Shown here: positions 29,157-39,253 of the stretch, piece after piece
How the letters are laid out: the number at the start of each line of letters is the position of its first letter
Numbering within the stretch: position 1 is the stretch's first letter
NCBI GenBank assembly: GCA_037146815.1
Contig: JBAWWJ010000014.1
Coordinates: forward strand, 1,114 to 65,113
Origin: Planctomycetota bacterium
GTDB lineage: Bacteria; Planctomycetota; Planctomycetia; Planctomycetales; Planctomycetaceae
Length of the DNA stretch: 64,000 nucleotides
Direction: 5' to 3'
Position numbers and translations under genes: made by a program
Notes under the pieces: model-generated
What the model was told of the DNA's origin: nothing
Database searches by the model: none
The model's input: the letters and a program-made list of their open reading frames with translations, nothing else

Positions 29157-32009
29157 ATGAGTCATACACGAATCGGAGATCTGTGCCGACGCGTGGCTTT
29201 TTTGTTACCGCTCGTATTCTACGATTTCTCGGTTGCCGCTCAGGAGACTACGACGGAACCACCGGTCGGAAAAGTGCGGGAAGAACAGTCGACATTGCCC
29301 CGCTATCCCGACATGGTCCTGCCGGAAGCTGTCGATCTGCTGAGGGCAAAACCATTTGACTGGATCGTCTTAAAGTCGCAGGAAGTCGTAGTTGTCGATG
29401 CTGTTTCAATGAGGCCCGATCCGATCGCGCGCGTCACCATCAAATACGACGTCGCACAGCAGACCTATAATCGAATTCTGAAGAATCGTCCCTACAAGAT
29501 CGCCGAGATCGAAAGCCTGCGGCAATACAGCAAGAATGCAGATCGTGCAGAAGAATTCGATGCGATGGAGACTCGCCTGAAAGAAGAGGTCGAAAAGGCA
29601 CGCGAGCGTGCCGACTCTCTGAAGCCACAAACCTTTAAATTGCCAGTCACCCTTCGGGACGGAAGCGTCGATCCTGAATACATCCTCGATCTGCGTCATA
29701 TTGAAACCGTCATCCATTTTGAAGATCTGGTCCTGCGACGCGCGGACCAGTTGATTGCCGAAGGTCGCGTTCCCCTGGCGTACGACCTGCTGTTGCTGGT
29801 TACCCGCAGACATCGCGAAAACAACGCCTTGATTCAGTCGGAACTGGACGCTGAGGAACAGGAACTCGTCCGTCAAATCAAGTCTCTTGATGATGAGCGA
29901 ACGACGCTGCGTACATCAAAAGAGGGACTCACGACCGCGGCCAGTAAGAATGCGCCAGGATCGAAAGGACGCCTCGCCGCACTCGAAAAGACCGTCACCA
30001 GGATTGCGGTCGAAATTAAGGAAATCGAAGAAGAACTGCGCGCTGTCCGCGTCAGGCTCCGGTTCGCTCGTCCCAAGGACTTCCCCAAGCCAGACGCGGT
30101 TCGTAAGGACGATTATTACCTTCCCTCATGGCCTAAGTTTGACGAAACCTACCACAAACTGGTCTTCAAGGATGCCGATTTGCACGTTGAGCAGGGGCGG
30201 CCGGAGCCAGCATTTCGACTGCTGGAAGAATTGACCGGTGACGTCCCGGGCTTGTCCAACCGACTGGGAAAGACTGCCGAACTGTTGATCACGCCGTGCG
30301 TGGAACGACTGGAGTTTCGGCAGGCGCGACACTTCATCAATCGACTGGCCACACGCGACCCGATGAATCCCGTGATTCAAAAATGGAAAGACGAACTGAC
30401 AAACCGCACCGCTGCTGCCATCAATGAAGCTCAGACGGCGTCAGCTCAAGGTCAGCCCAAGATCGCAATCCAGACAATTGATCGAGCGGCACATATCTGG
30501 CCCGAGACACCTGGATTAAAAGAGGCCCATCGTGATCTGAACGACAAGTACCAGATTTTGCGAGTTGGCGTCTTGCGACTGGCGAGTGAACCCGTTCAAA
30601 CAGATATCAACTCTGAGGCACGCGAACGCGTTCGACTTTTGACGGAATCGACACTGTTCGAGCCTGCCAGCGTCAGCGTGAAAGGTGTTCGTTACCGGTC
30701 ATCGTTTGTTGAATCGTGGGAACCGACAGACCTGGGTCGCCGCGTGCTGTTTCGTTTGAAGATGAAACGCGCAGACTGGGAGTCGCGAGCGATCATCACG
30801 GCGGCAGATGTTTTTGATGAGATCACCGCGAAAATCAACCCCGGGAGTGATCAGTTCGACGAACGGATGGCAGGATACGTCGACGGGATTACTGTCCACA
30901 ATCCCGCAGAATTCAGTGTGATATTTCGGCAATTGCCGCTGCGTCCGGAAGCTGTCTGGCGGTTGACTGTTGGCGTTAATGACACGACTCGTTTGCTCAA
31001 CGAAGACTTTGCCTCCAGTCCCAACATGGGACGTGAAAGGTTTTCCATCCGTGAGAGTCCCTCGGGGCAAATGACCTTCGGCCGCGTTCGGATGCAGCCT
31101 GTAACGACTCGGCAACGTCGTGTCGAAGAGATCACCGAGGTCCGCTACGATTCGTGGGATCGGGCGCTGCAGGGATTGTTACGCGGTGAAGTCTCGATGC
31201 TTCCCAACGCCGAATACCGCGACCTGAAACTATTGCAGGACGACGGGCGATTCTTTGTACTTCCGTACGCGATCCCTCGGACTCATTTTCTGCTGTTCAA
31301 TCCCCGGACGAAGTCTCTGCATGACGGCCAGTTTCGCCGGGCACTGCTCCATGGAGTTCCGCGCGAACGATTGCGAAGGTCACTCGTGGAAGACTCGCCC
31401 GATTCGCTCGTTCGCTTGATCACATGTCCATTTCCCTCGAACAGCTATGGATACAGTCGGCAACTGGCACAGTTCGACTTCGATCCACCCCTCTCGGCAG
31501 CGCTGGCTCAGACGGCGAAAAAGCAGATGGGAGGCACTCTTCCCACACTGAAAATGATCTGCCCGAATGACGAACGACTACGAGGACTCTCCCTGGCCAT
31601 GATCGAAGATTGGCGTCGGATCGGAATCACGGTACGACTGCTGAATGAGAGTGATCGTGAGGATTGGGATATCTGCTATCGGACCAGCCGGTCCGTCGAA
31701 CCGCTGACAGAACTCTGGCCTCTGCTGACGCTGCGGTCATCGGCCCGGATCGACGCACTTCAGGCATTGTCGGAGCCGACTCGTCGAGGACTGCTGGAAC
31801 TGGAACGAAGTAGCGATTGGACAGGAGCGGTCAAGTTGCTGCATCGGATGCTGGCCGACCTGCTGATCGAAGCACGTTACATCCCGTTATGGGAACTCGA
31901 TGAACACCTCGTCGCTCGAAAGCACGTCAGCGGTCTTCCAGATCGACCAATCCATACCTACGACGACATTGAACACTGGAATATCCAGTCGTGGTATCCA
32001 TCAGAATGA
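29157..32009 (+). CDS. Family-5 (peptide/nickel) solute-binding domain fused to a long N-terminal coiled-coil/helical region, exported
   Basis: Signal peptide, coiled-coil aa ~110-300, then ITAADV, ALQGLLRGEVSML, FLLFNPR..FRRAL, FDPPLS..LA, YIPLWE. Confidence 0.75.
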   Translation: MSHTRIGDLCRRVAFLLPLVFYDFSVAAQETTTEPPVGKVREEQSTLPRYPDMVLPEAVDLLRAKPFDWIVLKSQEVVVVDAVSMRPDPIARVTIKYDVAQQTYNRILKNRPYKIAEIESLRQYSKNADRAEEFDAMETRLKEEVEKARERADSLKPQTFKLPVTLRDGSVDPEYILDLRHIETVIHFEDLVLRRADQLIAEGRVPLAYDLLLLVTRRHRENNALIQSELDAEEQELVRQIKSLDDERTTLRTSKEGLTTAASKNAPGSKGRLAALEKTVTRIAVEIKEIEEELRAVRVRLRFARPKDFPKPDAVRKDDYYLPSWPKFDETYHKLVFKDADLHVEQGRPEPAFRLLEELTGDVPGLSNRLGKTAELLITPCVERLEFRQARHFINRLATRDPMNPVIQKWKDELTNRTAAAINEAQTASAQGQPKIAIQTIDRAAHIWPETPGLKEAHRDLNDKYQILRVGVLRLASEPVQTDINSEARERVRLLTESTLFEPASVSVKGVRYRSSFVESWEPTDLGRRVLFRLKMKRADWESRAIITAADVFDEITAKINPGSDQFDERMAGYVDGITVHNPAEFSVIFRQLPLRPEAVWRLTVGVNDTTRLLNEDFASSPNMGRERFSIRESPSGQMTFGRVRMQPVTTRQRRVEEITEVRYDSWDRALQGLLRGEVSMLPNAEYRDLKLLQDDGRFFVLPYAIPRTHFLLFNPRTKSLHDGQFRRALLHGVPRERLRRSLVEDSPDSLVRLITCPFPSNSYGYSRQLAQFDFDPPLSAALAQTAKKQMGGTLPTLKMICPNDERLRGLSLAMIEDWRRIGITVRLLNESDREDWDICYRTSRSVEPLTELWPLLTLRSSARIDALQALSEPTRRGLLELERSSDWTGAVKLLHRMLADLLIEARYIPLWELDEHLVARKHVSGLPDRPIHTYDDIEHWNIQSWYPSE

Positions 32010-32011
32010 GG

Positions 32012-32130
32012 GATAGTCGTGGTTCGCTCCGCGAACCAACGCTTCTTAGTTGACAGACTTCTGAGGAGGAGAACACTTGAGTTGCTCTAAGAAAATGCGG
32101 CGTTGGTTCGCGGAGCGAACCACGACTATC
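32012..32130. repeat. REPIN family 1, second copy (arms 32012-32042 / 32100-32130)
   Basis: Arms identical to 8453-8576; the spacer is unrelated. Confidence 0.9.
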
Positions 32131-32172
32131 TGGCGCCACTTACCAACGCCGCCGAAAGTCGTTACCCGCATC

Positions 32173-32379
32173 GGGTGCCACTGGCGGCAGCCTTGGGCCG
32201 CCAGTGGCTTGATGACGGATGGGCAGCCGCGTGAACTTGTTCAACAGAACGTCACACGGAATCAGTCGCCTCGGATTGACTCGGTAAATTCTTCTCGCAG
32301 CTCAAACAAACGATGTGGCACTGTCCTGCCGTCGGCATCGCAAGACACTGGCTGCCCAAGGCGGCCGCCAGTGCCACCC
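32173..32379. repeat. REPIN family 3: inverted ~39-bp arms GGGTG(G/C)CACTGGCGGC..CCTTGGGC..CCAGTG (32173-32211 / 32341-32379)
   Basis: Imperfect inverted pair, with internal hairpin CACTGGCGGC..GCCGCCAGTG in the left arm. Confidence 0.75.
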
Positions 32380-32421
32380 TTAAATCCTCCTTGTCTCAAA
32401 TCATCGTCGGCGTTCGGACGT

Positions 32422-33873
32422 GTGCTGGTCCTTGCGATCCTGCTGCTCCATCTTCTCTTCTGGTCGCCGACTTACGCAAACCAGACTCTCCCTTTGGAAC
32501 TTCGCCCGTACCGAGTCCTGCTGCTTGTGGCAACCGATCTCCCGCAACAGTCAGGTCCGCGGCGAATTGATTTGCTGGAAAAAGTCCGTCAATCTGCAGG
32601 ACGTTCCATCGGGGCTCAATGGGATTTGACGATTCAGGAGGCGGACTGGTTGCAGCCCGTTTCAGCGGATGGCTTGAAGCGACTCACACCCGCGGAACTC
32701 TACAAGCGAACGGGATCGGACCGGGACAAATTCGATGTCTGGCTGGTGGCTGCCATTGGAACGAATGGTGCGGGCTTCCGCATTGACGTTCACGGGTGGC
32801 AGCCAGCTATCGAAGTCGATGCGGGAACAATCGGTCGCGACATCTACGACTGGCAAGATGTTCCAATCACCGTACTTCAGTTGAGTCACATGTCGTTTCG
32901 ACCCATTGGCAGAGTTGACGACGTTGATGGAAAGCAAGTGCAGCTGGTGATGCAGGGAGGAGCCCTTGCGATTCCTGACCCGGCATTTGCGGTGTCACGC
33001 GAATCCCAGGTTTTTACACCGCTGCTGGCCAGTCGAAATCGGGACGGAAAAATTGACCGACTGCAACCGATTCCGTGGACGTATCTCACGGCAGAAGCTG
33101 TTGATGAGACTCGTCTGAAATGCGAATTACAAAGCGGTCTACGGTCTGCGATCGGTGGCAAACAGCGAGGCCGCGTTGAAACGCTGGCCATCACAGCACT
33201 GGCGAATTCGTCCGCGACGCACGTAGAAGTGGTGACTCAATCGAAACCACAGATCCCGCTGACGGGACATCGGATTGAACTGCGTGACTCGTCAGAAATC
33301 CCGAAAGCAGACCAGCCGATCGGAGGAAAGGATGCTCATCTGATACGGACGGTTCTTACGGATCGGCGTGGACGAATCACAATCCAAGCGAACGGGGGCA
33401 AGGTCGTCTGGTTGTTTGCCTACAGTGGCAAGCACCTTCTGGCGCGCGTCCCTGTTCTTCCCGGAATGTTGCCAGAATTGCGGCTGGAAGTCCCCGATGA
33501 TTCATCACGTCTGGAGGCCGAGTCTGAATTGTACATGCTGCAGGGGCAACTGGTGGAAGCCGTGGCGGCCCGCAATACCGCAGCGGCCAAGATCCGGTCG
33601 GCGATCAAGAAAAGCGACAAGCCGCTGGCGAAAGCGGCTGAAGCAGAACTGAAACGGCAGCCGGATGCGCAAGTCTTTCTCACGCAGTTGTTGTCGATCC
33701 GAGTTCCCGCCGTAAAAGCTGCCAAAGCGAAAAAAGATCGTGCCGGGGAAGCGAGAATCAATCGGATGTGTGATGAAATGGCAGAACTGATTCAACAGTA
33801 CTTGAGTGAAGACAAACGCCGAGTGGTCCTGGAAGAATTGAAAGAGCTTTACGAGTTGGAAATTGAGAAGTAG
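32422..33873 (+). CDS. Exported hypothetical protein with C-terminal helical region
   Basis: The ORF-track start 32077 reads through two REPINs. GTG 32422 gives the signal-like VLVLAILLLHLLFWSPTYA. The start is uncertain. Confidence 0.7.
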   Translation: MLVLAILLLHLLFWSPTYANQTLPLELRPYRVLLLVATDLPQQSGPRRIDLLEKVRQSAGRSIGAQWDLTIQEADWLQPVSADGLKRLTPAELYKRTGSDRDKFDVWLVAAIGTNGAGFRIDVHGWQPAIEVDAGTIGRDIYDWQDVPITVLQLSHMSFRPIGRVDDVDGKQVQLVMQGGALAIPDPAFAVSRESQVFTPLLASRNRDGKIDRLQPIPWTYLTAEAVDETRLKCELQSGLRSAIGGKQRGRVETLAITALANSSATHVEVVTQSKPQIPLTGHRIELRDSSEIPKADQPIGGKDAHLIRTVLTDRRGRITIQANGGKVVWLFAYSGKHLLARVPVLPGMLPELRLEVPDDSSRLEAESELYMLQGQLVEAVAARNTAAAKIRSAIKKSDKPLAKAAEAELKRQPDAQVFLTQLLSIRVPAVKAAKAKKDRAGEARINRMCDEMAELIQQYLSEDKRRVVLEELKELYELEIEK

Positions 33874-33908
33874 TTGGCAGGGTTTGTGGAGGTTTCGGGT
33901 AGAAATCA

Positions 33909-34009
33909 GGGGTCGGGTCTGCGATTTTTCGATTTTAGCCCTAAGTAAGACGTGAACTCTGAAGGAAGCCTTTGGCCGGCCAAAATCGAATAATCGCAGA
34001 CCCGACCCC
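33909..34009. repeat. REPIN family 4: inverted 32-bp arms GGGGTCGGGTCTGCGATT..TCGATTTT.GCC (33909-33940 / 33978-34009)
   Basis: Near-perfect inverted pair; homologous arms at 56550-56649. Confidence 0.85.
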
Positions 34010-34392
34010 GACAGGAAGCCGTGCCGACCCGAAATACCGCAGTCGCCAAGATCTGTACGAACATCAAGTAAAACAACAACTGGACGCGGTTTCGGTTTTC
34101 CACAACCCCTTACCTCTTCACGACTACGGCGATCTCCGACTCATGCGATGCATGTCAAATCCGTCGTTTTGTACGAATCTACACACCGAATCATTTCCGT
34201 CTTCCGCAAGTTGAACAAACGAGAGCTGATGCGTTTGCCCGGTTTGCTGATTCCATTGGTTTGACGCCACTGTTTCTACCGGCTACGATAGCGTTTTCCC
34301 AATTGGCCAGAAGGGCGGCGGCTTCGCCGACCCAGTGTCGTATAGTCGATACCGAGCGAGTCGCCCTCGACCGGTGTGAAGGAGTCGGCAAC

Positions 34393-35142
34393 GTGTCAGA
34401 GATCGTGGTGAAGGATTTCCTCGAAGCAGGTATTCATTACGGGCACCGGACGAGCCGGTGGAACCCGAAAATGCGTCCGTACATCTACGGCCGCCGAAAT
34501 CTGATCCACATCATTGATGTGAAGGAATCGGTTCGTGGACTGTTGCGAGCAAAGCGATACCTCCAGAAGGTCGCCTCCCAAGGGAGTCTCATTCTGTTCT
34601 GTGGAACCAAGAAGCAGGCTGCCGATACGATTCGCGAATGTGCGACAACGGCTGGTATGCCATACGTCGATTACCGCTGGCTGGGTGGGATCTTCACAAA
34701 CTTCCGCACCATCCGTAGCCGGATGAAGCGTCTGGAAGAGCTTGATCACATTTTCAATTCAGGTGAGATCGAGACCTATTCCAAGAAGATGCAGTCTAAT
34801 CTGCTCCGCGAACATAAACGTATGCTCCGTAACATCAACGGACTGCGACAGATGAACCGCCTGCCAGAGGCCATCATCGTTGTTGATCCGCGGAAGGAAC
34901 ACAACGCTGTTCACGAAGCACGCCTGGTCGGAATCAAGGTCATCGCTCTGCTCGATACCGACTGCGATCCTGATCAGATCGATCTGCCAATCCCCGGCAA
35001 CGACGATAGCATCCGTTCGATTCAACTGGTGTTGAAGCATCTGACGGCTGCAATCATCGAAGGTCGCGGAGCATTGCCGAAGGATGCTGTGCAGCCGGTT
35101 GAAGAAGAGCAATACAAAGCTGTCCCATCGATTCAGTCGTAG
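34393..35142 (+). CDS. rpsB: 30S ribosomal protein S2
   Basis: [51 protein letters not shown] 34393 after GGAG. Confidence 0.98.
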   Translation: MSEIVVKDFLEAGIHYGHRTSRWNPKMRPYIYGRRNLIHIIDVKESVRGLLRAKRYLQKVASQGSLILFCGTKKQAADTIRECATTAGMPYVDYRWLGGIFTNFRTIRSRMKRLEELDHIFNSGEIETYSKKMQSNLLREHKRMLRNINGLRQMNRLPEAIIVVDPRKEHNAVHEARLVGIKVIALLDTDCDPDQIDLPIPGNDDSIRSIQLVLKHLTAAIIEGRGALPKDAVQPVEEEQYKAVPSIQS

Positions 35143-35244
35143 TCGATTGGTCTCTGTTGAAATTACCATCGAGCGGCTGAGACCCGATTTTCGGGTCTGG
35201 CCGCCGATTTCTTCTTTTCTAGAGTCGACGAAGGAGTACTTGTC

Positions 35245-36081
35245 ATGGCCGCGATCACAGCGCAGGCAGTTAAAGAACTGCGCGATTTGACCGACCTGCC
35301 GATGATGGATGTCAAGAAGGCGCTGGTTGACGCCGATGGCGATCAGGCACGAGCAATCGAGTTGCTGAAAGAACGCAACAAGAAAGTGATGCTGAAGCGT
35401 CTGGAGAATGCCACGTCGGAAGGACTGATGCGCGTTGCTGTTTCCGAAGATGGCTCCGTTGGTGCCATGGTCGAAATTCAGTGCGAATCGGCACCCGTTG
35501 CCAAGGCAGATGACTTCGTATTTCTGGCTGATCAACTCGTCAAGCAATTGCTCAACGGTCCAGGTGCTTCAACTCCTGAAGAACTGCTGGCTCAGGGTGT
35601 CCCTGATCGTCCGGGGCAAAAGCTGGGCGAACTGTTGGAAGAAGTTGTTGGCAAGATCCGCGAAAAGATGGTCGTGGCCCGCGTTCTGCGCGTGGACGGA
35701 CCTGTTGGCGGATACGCTCATCACGACGGCAAGACGGGCGTTCTGTTCCGGGCTTCCGGCGACAAGAAGGGTGTTCCGGTCCTGAAAGATGTGGCAATGC
35801 ACATTGCCGCTCTGAAGCCGCTGGTCTCGCATCCTGAAGAACTGCAAGCCGATCAAGTCGCTGCGGAAAAGGCTCGTCTGACAGCCGAAGCCGCCGGTTC
35901 TGGCAAGCCAGCCAACATCGTTGAAAAGATTGTCGATGGCCGCATGAAGACCTACTATGCCGAAAACGGTGTACTGGCCTTCCAGTTGTTCGCCAAGGAC
36001 GATTCGAAGACGGTCAGCCAGGCTCTGGCGGAATCGGGCCTGAAGGTTGCGGGATTCACTCGCTGGATTCTCGGCAACTGA
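35245..36081 (+). CDS. tsf: Elongation factor Ts
   Basis: ITAQAVKELRDLTDLPMMDVKKAL, VAMHIAA, KPANIVEKIVDGRM; follows rpsB. Confidence 0.97.
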   Translation: MAAITAQAVKELRDLTDLPMMDVKKALVDADGDQARAIELLKERNKKVMLKRLENATSEGLMRVAVSEDGSVGAMVEIQCESAPVAKADDFVFLADQLVKQLLNGPGASTPEELLAQGVPDRPGQKLGELLEEVVGKIREKMVVARVLRVDGPVGGYAHHDGKTGVLFRASGDKKGVPVLKDVAMHIAALKPLVSHPEELQADQVAAEKARLTAEAAGSGKPANIVEKIVDGRMKTYYAENGVLAFQLFAKDDSKTVSQALAESGLKVAGFTRWILGN

Positions 36082-36124
36082 CCGCTGCCCAACTGATCGC
36101 GTTACGCGGTCCTGACGATTCATG

Positions 36125-36152
36125 CGGGGGGCGAAATTCGCCCCCCGTTTTT
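36125..36152 (+). terminator. Rho-independent terminator after tsf
   Basis: CGGGGGGCGAA-A-TTCGCCCCCCG followed by TTTTT. Confidence 0.8.
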
Positions 36153-36214
36153 GTTTTAGCCCCTTTGCAATATTCGCCTGATCTTTCAGCGTCACTCGGT
36201 AAGGAAATAATCAC

Positions 36215-36949
36215 ATGCCCGGAAGCACTCCTCGTTACAAACGCGTTCTGCTGAAACTGAGCGGCGAAAGTTTCGCCAGACCCGGTGAATCAGGGATCTG
36301 TGTCACGGAGGTGCAAGGGATTTGTGAGCAGATCAAGCGAGTTGTCGCGTCTGGTGTCCAGCTTGCCATTGTCTGCGGCGGCGGAAACATTCTTCGCGGA
36401 CGCGAATTCTCAAGCACCAACGCCGTTGTTGCCCCGGCAACCGCTCATTACATGGGGATGCTGGCAACAGCCATCAACGCGCTGGCGCTGCAGGATGTCA
36501 TGGAACACTTCGGCATCCCGACACGCGTACAGAGTGCGATCCCGATTCCGCCTGTCGCAGAACCCTTCATTCGCAGGCGCTGCATTCGACACTTGGAAAA
36601 AGGACGAGTTGTAATCCTGGCGGCAGGAACAGGCAGCCCCTTCGTGACGACTGATACTGCAGCGGCATTGAGAGCCCGTGAAATTGACGCCGATGTCGTG
36701 GTGAAGGCGACGCGAGTGGACGGCGTCTATTCCGATGACCCGCTCAAGAACCCGCACGCCGTCCGTTATTCTGAGATCACCTACCAGGACGTACTTCGCC
36801 AGAACCTGCAAGTCATGGATGCTCAAGCCATCCATCATTGTATGGAACACAACATCCCGATCGTCGTGCTGAATTACCAGAAGCCCGGTAACATTGAACG
36901 TGCCATCGCCGGTGAACGCCTCGGCACCCGCGTCGGATCGACGACCTGA
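36215..36949 (+). CDS. pyrH: UMP kinase
   Basis: [53 protein letters not shown]. Confidence 0.97.
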   Translation: MPGSTPRYKRVLLKLSGESFARPGESGICVTEVQGICEQIKRVVASGVQLAIVCGGGNILRGREFSSTNAVVAPATAHYMGMLATAINALALQDVMEHFGIPTRVQSAIPIPPVAEPFIRRRCIRHLEKGRVVILAAGTGSPFVTTDTAAALRAREIDADVVVKATRVDGVYSDDPLKNPHAVRYSEITYQDVLRQNLQVMDAQAIHHCMEHNIPIVVLNYQKPGNIERAIAGERLGTRVGSTT

Positions 36950-37035
36950 TGGCACGGAAGGCTTTCAAGCCGTCTGTTCATATTTTCGGACCGTACCAAG
37001 GGGCATGACACCGAGCCAGCACAGGAGTCCACACG

Positions 37036-38403
37036 ATGCGATTCTCGTCGATGTTCACGATCGTCGGTCTGGTTGTCAGTCCGGTGCTCGCAATTGCGGC
37101 CGACGTCGCCCCCGAATGGAAGGCGGGAGTCGCAACGGTTGCCGTGACTCCCTCCCAGCCGATGTGGATGGCAGGATACGCTTCGCGGACCAAGCCGTCT
37201 GAGGGAGTGCTTTCGGAACTGCATGCCAAAGCCCTGGTCTTGGAGGACTCGACCGGAAACCGCGCGGTCATTGTGACGACCGATTTGATCGGCATTCCTC
37301 GACCGCTACGTCAACAGGTGGCCCAGAGGGTTCACGAGCAGTACAAAATGAATCCTGCCGGATTGCTCCTGAATTGTTCGCACACCCATTGCAGTCCAGT
37401 CGTACGCGACGACCTGGAGATGTCGGTCATGTATCCACTGGACGCCGAGCAGCGTCAGCGGGTCGAATCCTATTTCGTCGAATTGCGAGACAAGCTGATT
37501 GCCGTGATTGGCCTGGCGATCGAGGATTTGAAGCCGGCAAACCTGTCGTACAGTCACGCTCGCTGCAGCGTTGCGATGAATCGCCGACTCCCCTCGCCAG
37601 AAGGGTATCAGAACAGCCCTTACCCCGATGGTCCCGTCGACCATGACGTCCCTGTGCTACGAGTGGAAGCCCCAGACGGCAAACTGCGAGCCGTTGCTTT
37701 CGGCTATGCCTGCCACAATACGACGACGGCGTTGCTTCAGTTCAATGCGGATTACGCAGGGTTTGCTCAAACGGAAATTGAAAAAGCACATCCCGGAGCG
37801 ACGGCACTGTTTGTAATGGGCTGTGGAGGAGACCAGAATCCGTATCCGCGAGGCAAGATCGAGTGGGCGATCACTCACGGCAAAACACTTGCAACCGCTG
37901 TCGAAGCCGCACTTCTACCGAAGCCGAAACCGATCCACGGACCGCTGAAGTTTGCGATAAAAGAAATCGACCTTCCCTTTGAGACTGTCACACGCGAACT
38001 GTTGCTGACTCAACGTGAGTCGAAAGATCTGTTTGAACGGCGTCGGGTTGAGGCACTGCTGGCTGAGCATGATAAGAACGGCAAGATCCGCGAGACCTAC
38101 CCGTTTCCGGTCCAGGTCCTGCAGTTTGGCAGTGATCTGACGATGGTGACTCTCGGCGGTGAAGTCGTCATCGATTATGCACTGCGATTGAAACGCGAAT
38201 TGGGCGAGTCTCCCGTCTGGGTCGCGGGATACAGCAACGATGTGATGGCTTACATCCCTTCAGAACGCGTGCTGAAGGAAGGGGGATACGAAGGTGGTGG
38301 CGCGATGCGCTACACGAATCTGCCTGGCCCATGGAAACCAGGAGTCGAAAACCAGATCGTCGACACGGTTCGCGAACTGACACAGCGACTACGCCAACAA
38401 TAG
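37036..38403 (+). CDS. Exported neutral/alkaline ceramidase-like protein
   Basis: MWMAGYASR, LHAKALVL, CSHTHCSP, GYACHNTT, MGCGGDQNP, GGEVVIDY, YIPSERVLKEGGYE. Confidence 0.8.
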   Translation: MRFSSMFTIVGLVVSPVLAIAADVAPEWKAGVATVAVTPSQPMWMAGYASRTKPSEGVLSELHAKALVLEDSTGNRAVIVTTDLIGIPRPLRQQVAQRVHEQYKMNPAGLLLNCSHTHCSPVVRDDLEMSVMYPLDAEQRQRVESYFVELRDKLIAVIGLAIEDLKPANLSYSHARCSVAMNRRLPSPEGYQNSPYPDGPVDHDVPVLRVEAPDGKLRAVAFGYACHNTTTALLQFNADYAGFAQTEIEKAHPGATALFVMGCGGDQNPYPRGKIEWAITHGKTLATAVEAALLPKPKPIHGPLKFAIKEIDLPFETVTRELLLTQRESKDLFERRRVEALLAEHDKNGKIRETYPFPVQVLQFGSDLTMVTLGGEVVIDYALRLKRELGESPVWVAGYSNDVMAYIPSERVLKEGGYEGGGAMRYTNLPGPWKPGVENQIVDTVRELTQRLRQQ

Positions 38404-38454
38404 CGCACGTCGATTTCGAAGTTGCAGGTACTCCGACAAATGGGAGTGCCCTGC

Positions 38455-39234
38455 CTATCTCAGGAACCGTCCGCCGTTTAGATCGATGAGAGCACCTGTC
38501 ACAAATCGCGACGCGTCGCTCCCCAGATAAAGTACAGTCTGAGCGATCTCGTCGGCCTGGGAGTTGCGTCCCAGTGGAGTCTGGCGGCGATAATCCTCCA
38601 TCTTTTCGGCTGTCGTAAAGACTTCGTGATGCCGAGTTTCAACGACACCCGGCATGATTGCGTTCGCTCTTACCGCCGGGGCCAGTTCCCGCGACAGAGT
38701 TCTTGTGAAAACCTGCAGTGCCCCTTTGGCGGCAGCATAGGGACCTGCGCCTCCGGAACCGCCTGTCTGGACGGATAGCGACAGGTTATTGATGATGCTG
38801 CCGTTTCCCGTTGCCTTCAAGTGTGGAATCGCTCGCCGAGTCACCATGAAAGCACTGTGAACATTGACGTCAAAGCATTCTTTCCAGAGTTCGGTGGAAC
38901 AGTCTTCAATCGTCGATCGCCGCAGTGGATCGCCAGCATTGTTAAACAGGATGTCTATTCGACCGGCGAACTCGACGAATTGATCAACGACACGATTCGC
39001 TGCGTATTCCTGCGCCAGATCGCCTTGCAGCAAGATTCCCTTGCCACCGAGCGACTGGATCGTGTTGAGTGTTTCCGTTGCCCCTTCGACGCTGGATCGA
39101 TAATGAATCCCGACGATTGCTCCGGCCCGGGCAAGTTCAATGGCGGCTGATCGGCCGATGCCAACGCCCGCCCCCGTGACAAGAGCTGCTCGTCCCGTCA
39201 AGTCAAAAGGAGTCTTCAGGAATGGACGTGACAT
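38455..39234 (-). CDS. SDR-family oxidoreductase
   Basis: VTGAGVGIG, FNNAG, YAAAK, RANAIMPG, TPLGR. Confidence 0.92.
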   Translation of the reverse strand: MSRPFLKTPFDLTGRAALVTGAGVGIGRSAAIELARAGAIVGIHYRSSVEGATETLNTIQSLGGKGILLQGDLAQEYAANRVVDQFVEFAGRIDILFNNAGDPLRRSTIEDCSTELWKECFDVNVHSAFMVTRRAIPHLKATGNGSIINNLSLSVQTGGSGGAGPYAAAKGALQVFTRTLSRELAPAVRANAIMPGVVETRHHEVFTTAEKMEDYRRQTPLGRNSQADEIAQTVLYLGSDASRFVTGALIDLNGGRFLR

Positions 39235-39253
39235 CGGGAACTCCGAGGATAAT

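Noticed and set aside
32077-32421. N-terminal 115 aa of the 598-aa ORF
   Set aside because: It is read-through of two REPIN elements; a signal-like sequence begins at GTG 32422.
34140-34392. S2 autoregulatory leader upstream of rpsB
   Set aside because: The position is plausible, but I could not identify the conserved structure by eye; an Infernal search is needed.
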